Source: Candidatus Poseidoniales archaeon
Lineage (GTDB): Archaea; Thermoplasmatota; Poseidoniia; Poseidoniales; Poseidoniaceae
DNA length: 45,917 bases
Reading direction: 5' to 3'
Assembly: GCA_003602635.1 (NCBI GenBank)
Contig: QQSJ01000061.1
Span: forward strand, 1-45,917
Below, one piece after another: positions 8,785 to 17,680 of this stretch. Position numbers and translations under genes: made by a program. The number at the start of each line of letters is the position of its first letter. Within the stretch, counting starts at the first letter, position 1. The notes under the pieces are model-generated. The model made no database searches and was not told the origin of the DNA. It saw nothing but the letters and a program-made list of their open reading frames with translations.

Positions 8785-9144
8785 TCAGAGGGACTCGCTC
8801 GGGCCGTCCCTTGGGGAAGCGAAGGTCTGCTTCACGGTCTCAGCGTCCCGCTCCTCTTCCTCGAGTTGGCGTTGGCGGGCCGGGGCTTTGACGAACTGCA
8901 GCCTCAATTCAGACAGCAAGCCGTCGAGCAACGCATGCGATTTCGCGTCCAAATTCCCTTTCGTTGTGGTTTGCAAGGCTCCGATCAAATCGATGGCTTC
9001 CTTCGCCTCGGGGAGGTTGAATCGGAAGCCGCCCTCGGGATGGGGAAGGTGCCCAAGGTTCAGGAGCGCGGTGCGCTGAAGCATGTGAATCAGTTGAAAC
9101 AGCCGTTCAGTGGACTCGTTGGGAAACGTGGCGTCCATCGGCAT
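8785..9144 (-). CDS. DUF1844-like small helical protein
   Basis: LIHMLQRTALLNLGHLPHP...NLPEAKEAIDLIGALQTTTKGNL...LSELRLQFV matches the DUF1844 pattern as recalled. Confidence 0.75.
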   Translation of the reverse strand: MPMDATFPNESTERLFQLIHMLQRTALLNLGHLPHPEGGFRFNLPEAKEAIDLIGALQTTTKGNLDAKSHALLDGLLSELRLQFVKAPARQRQLEEEERDAETVKQTFASPRDGPSESL

Positions 9145-9147
9145 CCC

Positions 9148-10485
9148 TCATTCGAAAATTTCCTCGATCAGCCAATCCGGATCGAAGGGTGTGAGGTCTT
9201 CGTATCCTTGGCCCATGCCTGCGAACACAATCGGGCGTCCGGTGGCGAAGGCGATCGACAAGCCTGCGCCGCCTTTGGCGTCGGTATCGAGTTTGGTCAA
9301 GACGGCCCCGTCAAATTGGAGCATGGACTGGAACATTCGAGCCTGTTCAACCGCGTCGTTGCCCGCCAAACTGTCGCCGACAAAGAGGGTCAGGTGAGGA
9401 TTTGCAACGCGCCTTACCTTGGCGAGTTCGTTCATCAGGTTCGTCTTGTTCTGCATCCTTCCTGCCGTGTCCACCAAGACCACGTCGATGCCTTTGGCCT
9501 TGGCCGAGGCGATGGCGTCGCGTGCGATGGCCGCGCTGTCTCCGCCGCGTTGGCTTGAGATGCAGCGAACGCCGAGGTTCTCGCAATGCTGTTCCAATTG
9601 CTGGATGGCTCCCGCGCGAAAGGTGTCTCCTGCTGCAGCGATGACCGTATGGCCCTGTGCCATCAGCCGATGGGCGAGTTTCGCCGTGGTGGTGGTCTTG
9701 CCCGTGCCGTTGACGCCGACGAGCATGATGACCACGGGGGCGTCGCCGGCCTCGAGGGCTTTCGCGACGGTGGCGTCAAAATCCCAGTATCCTGCTTCGA
9801 GGAGCGAACGGAGCGCACGCTTCAGGCTGGCCTCAAGCACTTTCGCCAAATCCGCACCACGGCGGAGACGTGCGCCGATCAGTTGGTTGCGCAAGGCGTC
9901 GACCACGCCGGTGACGGCGTCCGATGACACGTCCGATTCCAACAGGGCCCATTCGAGTTCTTCGAGCAGGTCGTCCAAGGCCTTGCTTGATTTGATGACG
10001 CGCCCGCCTTCGCTGACCACGCCACCTCCGAGATCGATTCGGATGTCGTCGCCCGATTCGGTGGTCATGTTGGCCTCAACGCTTGATCCGCGAGGTGCTT
10101 GGGCCACCTCCACCAGCTGCCTTCCAGTCGTGGACCGCATCATGCGGAGTTCGACCTTGGGCGCGGCGGGGGCTCGTCGCTTGGGTTTGGGAGCTGGAGT
10201 GGGTTGCGCGACCGGTTCCTCTTCTGGAAGCTCCCAATCGTCCTCCGGGGCCTCCCAATCGTCCTCGGGAGCCTCCCAATCGTCGTCTTCTGGATCGTCC
10301 CAATCCTCCTCGGTTGACGAGGGTGGGGTCGCCGAAGGGGTTTGAGCGGGTTGTGCCTGCGCTTCCTCGCGGGCGCGGAGGGCCGCCTGCGCTTCGTCCG
10401 ATCCGTCCTCGGCCAACATGCCTTCTGCATCGGATGCATCGACCGTTTCCTTGACGCGGCGGCGGAAGCGGTTGAACAGCCCCAT
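9148..10485 (-). CDS. ftsY: Signal recognition particle-docking protein FtsY
   Basis: GVNGTGKTTT, DTFRAGA, DTAGR, TKLDTDAKGG; MGLFNRFR N-terminus with a long acidic domain. Confidence 0.97.
   Translation of the reverse strand: MGLFNRFRRRVKETVDASDAEGMLAEDGSDEAQAALRAREEAQAQPAQTPSATPPSSTEEDWDDPEDDDWEAPEDDWEAPEDDWELPEEEPVAQPTPAPKPKRRAPAAPKVELRMMRSTTGRQLVEVAQAPRGSSVEANMTTESGDDIRIDLGGGVVSEGGRVIKSSKALDDLLEELEWALLESDVSSDAVTGVVDALRNQLIGARLRRGADLAKVLEASLKRALRSLLEAGYWDFDATVAKALEAGDAPVVIMLVGVNGTGKTTTTAKLAHRLMAQGHTVIAAAGDTFRAGAIQQLEQHCENLGVRCISSQRGGDSAAIARDAIASAKAKGIDVVLVDTAGRMQNKTNLMNELAKVRRVANPHLTLFVGDSLAGNDAVEQARMFQSMLQFDGAVLTKLDTDAKGGAGLSIAFATGRPIVFAGMGQGYEDLTPFDPDWLIEEIFE
10231..10313. repeat. Imperfect 21-bp tandem repeat in ftsY encoding (EDDWEAP)n
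   Basis: Units ctcccaatcgtcctccggggc, ctcccaatcgtcctcgggagc, ctcccaatcgtcgtcttctgg and a partial fourth copy. Confidence 0.85.
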
Positions 10486-10494
10486 GATGTCACC

Positions 10495-11055
10495 TCAGTC
10501 GTCCAACGTCAACTCAGAGCCGAAGCGCCTTCGGCGAGGGGCAGGGGCCCGCTTTGCTTCAGACTCGGGTTCTGGTTCGTCTGGGCTGGTCGTTTCAGCG
10601 GGGGCGGGCTCGGCCTTCGCGTCGCTTTCGATTTTCTCGGCCATGGCGTTGAAGGCGATCGCATGTTGTGCAACCTCCTCCTCCAATTCGCTCATGCGGG
10701 CTTCAAGATCGTTCACGATGCTTTCGAGGTCCTTCTGGCGCTGCTGAGTGACCTCCAATGCACCGGTCCAGGTGCGCTCACCGTACACGCCGCTGCCGAG
10801 ATCAACGATGGAGCGCCCTTCGGCGTCAGAGGGTGCGAGTGGGAGGCTGACGCCGGCCCCGATGCCCACGTGGCCGCTGGCGGTTCCTGCGGTAGCGGAC
10901 TCAAGCAGCGAGGTCAACACCGCTGCGGTTCGGCGGTGGTCTTCGACGACTTCAAGCACGCCTTGCTTGCGGCGATCGAGTTCCTCCAAGCGTTGCCTGC
11001 TGCGCTCAACAATGCGGGCCAGCCGCTGCAATTCAGCACGTGGTTCGGAGGACAC
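10495..11055 (-). CDS. pfdA: Prefoldin subunit alpha
   Basis: Coiled-coil arms around VGIGAGVSL...IVDLGSGVYGER beta-hairpins; conserved archaeal rplX-pfdA-ftsY order. Confidence 0.88.
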   Translation of the reverse strand: MSSEPRAELQRLARIVERSRQRLEELDRRKQGVLEVVEDHRRTAAVLTSLLESATAGTASGHVGIGAGVSLPLAPSDAEGRSIVDLGSGVYGERTWTGALEVTQQRQKDLESIVNDLEARMSELEEEVAQHAIAFNAMAEKIESDAKAEPAPAETTSPDEPEPESEAKRAPAPRRRRFGSELTLDD

Positions 11056-11097
11056 CGACCTTTCCGGGTCGGCCGCCCTTGATGAATGCCGCGACGG

Positions 11098-11367
11098 TCA
11101 TTCTTCTTCCGTAGGTGCGACCGGGCCGCCTGCGGCAGCGATGGCCTCGCGGAAGTGGTGGAGCACGCTGGGCTCTTGGGAGGTGCGGGGATCGATCTCC
11201 GCAACAGAATCCAGGTGGATGGAGCGGCGGGTGACGTTGTGGCGGGATCCCATGATGGAGTACACGCGGTGCTCCGCATCGCCCGCATCAGCGGCGGGGA
11301 GGTCCATCGAGAACGCTTGACGTTGCTGGCCGAAAGGCGCGGTGCCCTTGACGCGGAAGGCCTTCAT
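11098..11367 (-). CDS. rpl18a: 50S ribosomal protein L18Ae/LX (eL20)
   Basis: MKAFRVKG...AEHRVYSIMGSRHNVTRRSIHLDSVAEI; GTTTAAG box 24 nt upstream of ATG 11367. Confidence 0.88.
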   Translation of the reverse strand: MKAFRVKGTAPFGQQRQAFSMDLPAADAGDAEHRVYSIMGSRHNVTRRSIHLDSVAEIDPRTSQEPSVLHHFREAIAAAGGPVAPTEEE

Positions 11368-11452
11368 GAGGCCCGCGACCGGCCGTTCCGTCTTAAACGC
11401 GGCGGCGTGGCATCGCCGGGGGGCTGATAGAGGCAGAGCGTGTGCTGAAGGC

Positions 11453-14374
11453 GTGCGCGCCGCTCTGATGATCGTCCTGCTCCTCGGCGCAGGGCTTGGT
11501 CCAATGGCTGCGCCCGCCCATGAATCGGGGCTGGTCGTGCTCGAAGTCGAGGAAGGCGTGTGGACCCAAGCCACATGGACGGCCTTGACGGAAGACGGGT
11601 GGTCTCTCCTCCGACTGGCCACATGGACGGAAGCCGTCGTTTGGCACGATGGGGCGAGAGCCCCGCCGGAGGGATTCCTCATGCGCGCCGTGCCGGTGCC
11701 TGACGTCGATGCCTTGGTGGTGGATCAGCCGGTCAGGCTGGTGTTTGAACCTCGTCTGCCCGCTGAGGCGGTCGAACGGTTGGTCGCGGCCGGTGGCCCA
11801 ACGACCGTGGAACCGAACATGCGTGGCGTTCAAACCGTCATGGTGCCCTTTCACCCCACCCAACAACACTGGCCTGGCCTGCAACAAATCGAACCCGTCC
11901 TCCACACCGAGTCCCGGAACGACCGAGGCGCTGGCTTGCTACAATCCGGATCACAAAGCGACTTCCCATTGTGGGCGCTTGGTTTCAACGGAAGCGGCGT
12001 GGTGCTGGCCACCGCCGACAGCGGACTGGACATGGATCACGCTTGTTTCCGACAGGGAACGGACGTGATTGGAACACCGGGGCCTGACCACAGAAAGGTG
12101 GTCTTGCTCAACACCACCCTCGATGACGGGGACACACCCGGTCACAGCGATTACCGCCATGGGACCCACACCGCCGGCACGCTCGGATGTGAGCCAGTGG
12201 ACTGGAACCGTTCCAACGCGCCCGGCGAAGGGGTTTCGTTGGCGCATGGTGCTCGCCTCGTCGTCGCCGACATCGTTGATGCCAGTGGGTGGTCTCCGCC
12301 TTCGTTCGACGCCCTGTTGTCGGAAGCTGCGCTGCAGGGAGCCGTCATTCACGCCCACTCATGGGGCGATGACACAACGGAATACACGGCCAGGAGTGAG
12401 GCGCTTGATCGGTGGTCGTTGGAACACCCTTGGACCCTGGCGTTCATTGCACCGGGCAACGGTGGACAGGTGCTTGAGCCTGCCAATGCCCTCAACGCGG
12501 TGGCGGTTGGAGCCACGACGGTGGGCACCCCTGACGAGCGGTGGGTCGGTTCGCCTGAAGGTCCGACGGTGTTTGGCACCGATGGCATTGGTCTCCTTGT
12601 GCCCGGAGCGCACATCGTCTCCGCGAAAGCCGACGGAGATCCGAACAGCATGAACGGGGATTGGCGGGGTTCCAGCGGCACGAGCATGGCGACGCCCATG
12701 GCGGCCGCTGCGGCCGGTGTGCTGCAACAGATGATCGAGGACGGCGTGCTGCACGGCGGCTCGCCCAGTGAAGCGACCCTCAACCTCACCGCACACGCCC
12801 CGATGTGGGCGAGCCCGGACCCTTCTGGCCTGGCTTGGGCGTCCGATGGATGGACGCCGTCGGGCCCCATGCTGCGCGCAGCCTTGTCGCTAAGCGCCGA
12901 ACCGCTTCCCCCGGAACACGCCAACGGAGGAGCGGGGCCGGGAGGATTGAGCAACGCTCACGACGGATGGGGTCAACCACGGCTGGAGCGGTTGCTCGCG
13001 CCCACCCAGATCGATGGAGCGTGGGATTTGACGCCGCATGTGTTCCTTCACGACGCGTACCGGCTTCATGCCGGAACGCCACAAAGCCTGCTTGGCGAAC
13101 GTCTGAACCTCACTGGGAACACCGATCGTCTCGGTGAAGCCCCATGGAACGGTTCCGGGGCCGTGGGGCCTTTCCTCGCCGAAGGGGACCGTTACCAACG
13201 GACGTTTGACCTCCGACCGGGAGAGGACCTCGACGTGCGGTTGGCCTACCCTTCGCTGGGCGGTCAAGCCGTGGATGACCTCGTGCTCTACGTTCACTTG
13301 GACGACGGTCATACAGCGGCGTCGGGGATTGATTTCGGAGGGGCTTCCGTGTTGAGTGACGACGTCCCATCGCCTGAACGGTCAAACGAAACGCTGCGTG
13401 GAATCCACATCAACTCGGACGATCTTGGCAACGCCACGTCGGCGACGGTGGAGGTTGTCGCTCGCCACGTGGTGCCAGGAAACAGCCCGGGTGCTTTGGG
13501 TGCAGACGGGGATCGCATCGGTTTCGCACTGGCCGTCATGGGGGTGGAACGGGCGCCGCCGGGGCCACAAGACCTCGATGAAGACGGTGTCCTTGACCCA
13601 CTTGACGCGTGTGCGTCAGAACCCGCAGGGGCCGTCGATCTCGACGGCGACGGATGCCCTGACGACCGTGACATGGACGGCATCGACGACGTGGATGATG
13701 CGTGCCCGGACGAAGATGCTCGCCCGGCGGACGGCAACGCCGACGGATGCCTCGACGATTCTGATGCGGACGGCGTCGCCGATCACCTGGATGCTTGCCC
13801 GGCCACCACGGCTGACCCTGCATGGCCCACGAGGGCCGATGGATGCAGGCCCGCGGATGTTGTGCCCGTGGTGGAAGCATCGTTCCCCCAACCCAATCTT
13901 GCTCCTGACCAAGCGTTGGAAGTGGTGGTGATGGTGCGTGACGCCGACGGTGACGGGGGCGAACTTCTCGCCTCGTTGGTCGTTGACGGCGTGCCCCTCC
14001 CGGGCAGCCACATGCACGCCAACGGCACAGGACACCACATCCTCGTCTGGAACGCGACGGTATGGGCCGTGCCTTGGGTCGAGAACGGTTCGCTGGTGGA
14101 CGTGATCTTGACCTTCGAAACGTCGAACGCATCGCCGGAAGCGACGCTTGAGGTGGCCATGCCTGTGGGGGGCGTGCGTACCGTCGTCCTCCACCCTCCG
14201 CCTTCTGCCCCAAGCGAGGATATGTCGCCGTCCTTCCGACCGGCTCTCTTGGCTGGGCTGCTTTTGCTGCTTCTTGTGGCGTTGATTCGGTGGCGTGAGC
14301 CGCCTGAACGGGACCCTGCGGGACCACGCGACCCCTTTGTCACCTCGTCGAGGCCTCGAAAATCAGAAGAGTGA
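11453..14374 (+). CDS. Membrane-anchored S8 subtilisin-like serine protease with thrombospondin type-3-like Ca-binding repeats
   Basis: Signal peptide after GTG 11453; triad ADSGLD / HGTHTAG / GTSMATP; DxDxDG repeats; C-terminal TM LLAGLLLLLLVALI. Confidence 0.9.
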   Translation: MRAALMIVLLLGAGLGPMAAPAHESGLVVLEVEEGVWTQATWTALTEDGWSLLRLATWTEAVVWHDGARAPPEGFLMRAVPVPDVDALVVDQPVRLVFEPRLPAEAVERLVAAGGPTTVEPNMRGVQTVMVPFHPTQQHWPGLQQIEPVLHTESRNDRGAGLLQSGSQSDFPLWALGFNGSGVVLATADSGLDMDHACFRQGTDVIGTPGPDHRKVVLLNTTLDDGDTPGHSDYRHGTHTAGTLGCEPVDWNRSNAPGEGVSLAHGARLVVADIVDASGWSPPSFDALLSEAALQGAVIHAHSWGDDTTEYTARSEALDRWSLEHPWTLAFIAPGNGGQVLEPANALNAVAVGATTVGTPDERWVGSPEGPTVFGTDGIGLLVPGAHIVSAKADGDPNSMNGDWRGSSGTSMATPMAAAAAGVLQQMIEDGVLHGGSPSEATLNLTAHAPMWASPDPSGLAWASDGWTPSGPMLRAALSLSAEPLPPEHANGGAGPGGLSNAHDGWGQPRLERLLAPTQIDGAWDLTPHVFLHDAYRLHAGTPQSLLGERLNLTGNTDRLGEAPWNGSGAVGPFLAEGDRYQRTFDLRPGEDLDVRLAYPSLGGQAVDDLVLYVHLDDGHTAASGIDFGGASVLSDDVPSPERSNETLRGIHINSDDLGNATSATVEVVARHVVPGNSPGALGADGDRIGFALAVMGVERAPPGPQDLDEDGVLDPLDACASEPAGAVDLDGDGCPDDRDMDGIDDVDDACPDEDARPADGNADGCLDDSDADGVADHLDACPATTADPAWPTRADGCRPADVVPVVEASFPQPNLAPDQALEVVVMVRDADGDGGELLASLVVDGVPLPGSHMHANGTGHHILVWNATVWAVPWVENGSLVDVILTFETSNASPEATLEVAMPVGGVRTVVLHPPPSAPSEDMSPSFRPALLAGLLLLLLVALIRWREPPERDPAGPRDPFVTSSRPRKSEE
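13571..13850 (+). repeat. TSP3-like DxDxDG...D.CP peptide repeats in the S8 protease
   Basis: DLDEDGVLDPLDAC, DLDGDGCPDDRDMDGIDDVDDACP, DGNADGCLDDSDADGVADHLDACP. Confidence 0.8.
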
Positions 14375-14443
14375 GTCCACCTTTGTCAGGGTGAACCTTG
14401 AAGTCCGGACGCGCAGTCGAGGAACCATAGGACGCTGGATACA

Positions 14444-15448
14444 ATGAGCGAACGACTGTACATCGGCATTGACCTCGGCACGTACCAATCGACCATCGCA
14501 TCGAGCTCCGGCACCATCCACACTGTGGAAACCGTCGTCGGCCGACCCAAGGACCCGGTGGCCCGAAACATGCTCAAGCGTGACGTGCTTTTTGGCGCTG
14601 ATGCGCTCAAGCACAAGATGTCCTGCGACCTGTACCGGCCGATGGCCAAGGGCGTGACGCAAGACGATGAAGCCAACCTGGCGGCCGCGAAGGCCTTCAT
14701 GGGCCACCTCATCGAAACGATGGACCCCGAAGAGTACGACGAAGTCGTTGGCGTGGTGTGCTCGCCCTCCCACGTTTCCTTCACGGACAAGTCCAACCTT
14801 GTCGCCACCCTCCGTGGCCAAGTGAACGCCATCATGGTCGTGAGCGAACCCTTCGCCACCGCCTACGGAATCGGTGAATTCCACGGCACCATCGTCGTGG
14901 ACATTGGTGCAGGCACCACCGACATCGCTCGCCTCTACGGGACCTTCCCCAACGACGACGACCAGATCAGCATCGCCGAAGCCGGCGACTGGCTCGACCT
15001 CCACCTCATGGAACTGATTCGCAAGAAGTTCACCGGCGCTCAAGTCACGAAGGACATGGTTCGCCGCTGGAAGGAAGAGTCGTCGTACGTGGGCGGCGAA
15101 GCCCGTGAAGTCCTCGTCTCCCTCTCCGTCGAAGGCAAGCAACAGCGTGTCGACATCGGCGACCTCATCGGTGAAGCATGCGAAGCGCTTGTGCCCCTCC
15201 TCGGAAACGGCATCAAGAAGACGGTCGCTGGCGCCGACCCGGAATACCAGGAAACGTTCCGCCAGAACATCATCCTCTCTGGTGGCGGCTCCCTCATCGA
15301 GGGCATCGCTGACCGCTTGGCTGCGGAGATCGCCGACATCGGAAACGTCGCTGTTCGCTGCGTCGAAGAGCCGATTGACAAGGTCGCCGTTGGCGCTGTG
15401 GCGCTCGCGCAGGACATGCCCGAAGACATGTTCACCTCCATCGAGTGA
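14444..15448 (+). CDS. Actin-fold ATPase, MamK-like subfamily of the MreB/actin superfamily
   Basis: IGIDLGT (phosphate 1), VVGRPKD, VVSEPF, IVVDIGAGTTDI (phosphate 2), GTFPNDDDQI, PEYQETFRQNIILSGGGSLI (adenosine). These motifs follow MamK more closely than MreB. Confidence 0.88.
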   Translation: MSERLYIGIDLGTYQSTIASSSGTIHTVETVVGRPKDPVARNMLKRDVLFGADALKHKMSCDLYRPMAKGVTQDDEANLAAAKAFMGHLIETMDPEEYDEVVGVVCSPSHVSFTDKSNLVATLRGQVNAIMVVSEPFATAYGIGEFHGTIVVDIGAGTTDIARLYGTFPNDDDQISIAEAGDWLDLHLMELIRKKFTGAQVTKDMVRRWKEESSYVGGEAREVLVSLSVEGKQQRVDIGDLIGEACEALVPLLGNGIKKTVAGADPEYQETFRQNIILSGGGSLIEGIADRLAAEIADIGNVAVRCVEEPIDKVAVGAVALAQDMPEDMFTSIE

Positions 15449-15537
15449 CGGCGCCGCCGTTTTGCTCGGACAACGCAGGCCCTCAGGGGCTCGATTGAAG
15501 GAAGGTTCAAGTGCGGTTCGACGGGCTTCACGCTCAC

Positions 15538-16788
15538 ATGTCGTCCAGCGAAGCCGTTTCGACTCGTGGGACCCCAAGTGCTCGTGAGGAGCGTGCTGCC
15601 CTCGAAGGCATGCTCCGTGGGTATCCCGTGGAGCAATTGGTCGAGGAGGTCATGACCGCCTGGGAGGAACTTGCGGAACGAAACGACGAGGTCGTTGAAG
15701 CCAAGCAGCGCCTTCGGGTCATGGAACTTGATTTGGCAGAGCGGGCCGACGAGGTGGCTCCTGAAGTCAAGCGACTGAAGGAAGTCGAACAAGTCGCCAG
15801 CGAAGCGCAGGCCCGCATCGTCCACCTGGAGCGTTTGCTTGAGGACGCGAGAGAGGAAGCGGCCATGCATGCGGCCTCCGCCTCGGCCGAGGAACGAGCA
15901 AGGCTCACCGCTGAAGTGGAACGGCTTGGCGCCTTGTGCGAGGACCAAGACGAAGTCATCGGTGAAATGGAAGAGCGGGTGGAACGGATGGTCGTCGCAC
16001 TGGAGCGGGCGGCTGACGCGGGCTTGACCTCGGTCACCGCAGACGAAGTTCGACGTTTGAAGCAACTCAACGAAGAAGCGCAAAGCGCCCTGGCCGGCGA
16101 ACAAGCCAGCGTTCGCAGCCTCGAAGAGGAACGGCAGCGCCTTCGTGACATCGCCGACCGGCTCCGTGGATTGATCGACGTCCGAGACCAACGGCTCGCC
16201 GAACTCGAGGATCAGGTCGAGCGCGTCATGAGTGGCCCCAAGTCCATCTCAGCTGAACACGATTACCTCGTTGAGCAAATCGAGGACCTCAAGCGCCGTC
16301 TCCTCGAACGAAACCGCGAGTACGAATCGCTCCGACGCCGTGAGCGGCGCCTCCACAACGACGTGTTTGAGCGCGACGAGCGGTTGCAGCAGATGACGCT
16401 CACCATGACCGACCTCGAAGCGGCCTTGCAGGACCGTACCGCAGAACTGCGGGACCTCGAAACGCGCGCCAGCGACGCAGAAGACGAAGTGGCACGCCAG
16501 CGACGTGGTGAGCGCACCCGTGAAGTCGTGGGCAAGGCCTTCTCCGACACGCTCGGACTCGTTCGAGGTCACGATCAGCGTGAAGCCGCGCGTGCTGCGT
16601 ATGCTGACGCTCCAGACGTTGAGCGGCGCATCAGCAGCCCGACCGTCGAAGACATGCAGGACCTCGCTCAGGGCGGCCAACTCGATCTTGACGTGGACGT
16701 CGAAGCCGTTCCCGTCGGTGAAGCGCTTGACGAGGATCGTCCTCCCGCCCCCGGCGGCAAAGGCGACCCTGTGGTTTACGACGAGTGA
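15538..16788 (+). CDS. Long segmented coiled-coil protein with acidic/Pro tail
   Basis: About 300 aa of E/R/L-rich heptads broken by short linkers; no Walker motifs and no TM; GTTCAAG 26 nt upstream of ATG 15538. Confidence 0.8.
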   Translation: MSSSEAVSTRGTPSAREERAALEGMLRGYPVEQLVEEVMTAWEELAERNDEVVEAKQRLRVMELDLAERADEVAPEVKRLKEVEQVASEAQARIVHLERLLEDAREEAAMHAASASAEERARLTAEVERLGALCEDQDEVIGEMEERVERMVVALERAADAGLTSVTADEVRRLKQLNEEAQSALAGEQASVRSLEEERQRLRDIADRLRGLIDVRDQRLAELEDQVERVMSGPKSISAEHDYLVEQIEDLKRRLLERNREYESLRRRERRLHNDVFERDERLQQMTLTMTDLEAALQDRTAELRDLETRASDAEDEVARQRRGERTREVVGKAFSDTLGLVRGHDQREAARAAYADAPDVERRISSPTVEDMQDLAQGGQLDLDVDVEAVPVGEALDEDRPPAPGGKGDPVVYDE

Positions 16789-17594
16789 GCGGTCAGTCCG
16801 CTCAGCACATCGTCCAGTGCGTGGATCAATTCCGTCGTGTCCGCCGTCTCTTCGATCAACGTCCCGGTCACGACCCAGTCTGCTCCCGCGGCAACGGCCG
16901 TAGCGGCCGCGGCACCGTCGCGCAGTCCGCCACCGACCATCAAGGTCAGTCCGTCCACGTCACGTGCAGCGCGAATGAGCTCGGGGCTGACGGGAGCATC
17001 GGCCCCCGAGCCAGCCTCCAGATAGAGCAACTGGAATCCATACATGGAGGCCGTCAAGGCATTGGCTTTGACGCGGTCCGCGTCGCCGGCCTCCACGAGG
17101 TCCGCTTGGCCGACGCGGCCCACTTCGCCTCCCGGGGCCATCACGAGGTAGCCGGTCGGGACGGTGTCGATTCCAAACGCGGCGATGTGGGGGGCTCCGC
17201 GGACTTGTTCTGTGATGAGGAATCGAGGGTCTGTGCTGTTCATGAGCATCATGAACAGGATGCCGTCGGCGGCCGGTGAAAGGGCGTGAGCGCCTCCGGG
17301 AAAGAGGACGACCGGAACGCGCCACGTGTCTTCGTTCCCCTCGGGATTTTGCGAGGCGGCCATGGCCGCAAGGTCGAGGGCGTCCTGAATGGCGGTGCAC
17401 GTGGCGTGCACAACCTCGTTTGGCGTGTCGGTCGAACCACCCACAAGGATGAGTTGTGTGCCGCGTTCGACGGCAACAAGGGCCCTTCGTGCAGCGATTT
17501 CGACGTCCTGCTTGCCTGGGTCGATCAACAGGGCGTGGCGGGGCCCGACCTTTGCCGTCACGTGAGCCAACACATCGCCGTGCTCTGAACGCAT
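16776..17594 (-). CDS. Geranylgeranylglyceryl phosphate synthase (GGGPS/PcrB family)
   Basis: HALLIDPGK, ILVGGST, PVVLFPG, LLYLEAGSGA, VGGGLRD, GADWVVTGT. Start set at ATG 17594. Confidence 0.92.
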   Translation of the reverse strand: MRSEHGDVLAHVTAKVGPRHALLIDPGKQDVEIAARRALVAVERGTQLILVGGSTDTPNEVVHATCTAIQDALDLAAMAASQNPEGNEDTWRVPVVLFPGGAHALSPAADGILFMMLMNSTDPRFLITEQVRGAPHIAAFGIDTVPTGYLVMAPGGEVGRVGQADLVEAGDADRVKANALTASMYGFQLLYLEAGSGADAPVSPELIRAARDVDGLTLMVGGGLRDGAAAATAVAAGADWVVTGTLIEETADTTELIHALDDVLSGLTAHSS

Positions 17595-17680
17595 CTCGAC
17601 CGGTTGAACCACGGGACAGAGGACGATAGCCGTTGCCGACGCAACCACCACGATGAAACCCAATGGCGCGAGCGGCCACC

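Noticed and set aside
10231-10313. Short direct repeats as a possible CRISPR array
   Set aside because: Units are contiguous and in frame within ftsY, with no spacers and no cas genes.
8380-11082. Long plus-strand ORFs (8380..9558, 9419..10345, 10342..11082) opposite ftsY/pfdA, and similar ones opposite neuB, purL and uvrA
   Set aside because: Antisense shadows of clearly identified genes.
14444-15448. Magnetosome island or plasmid ParMRC system
   Set aside because: No mam/mms genes, ParR or iteron-like centromere; flanks are housekeeping genes.
14363-16191. Long antisense ORFs (14363..15577, 15040..16191) over the actin and coiled-coil genes
   Set aside because: Shadow frames produced by high GC and strong codon bias; no motifs, and the sense genes are well supported.
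15538-16788. SMC/Rad50 or chemoreceptor identity for the coiled-coil protein
   Set aside because: No Walker A/B, signature, hinge, Zn-hook or MCP hairpin motif.
7839-16788. One eukaryote-like module joining EF-hand protein, prefoldin and actin
   Set aside because: rplX-pfdA-ftsY is a standard archaeal gene order, and the actin is on the other strand beyond a 2.9-kb protease, so proximity alone is not evidence.
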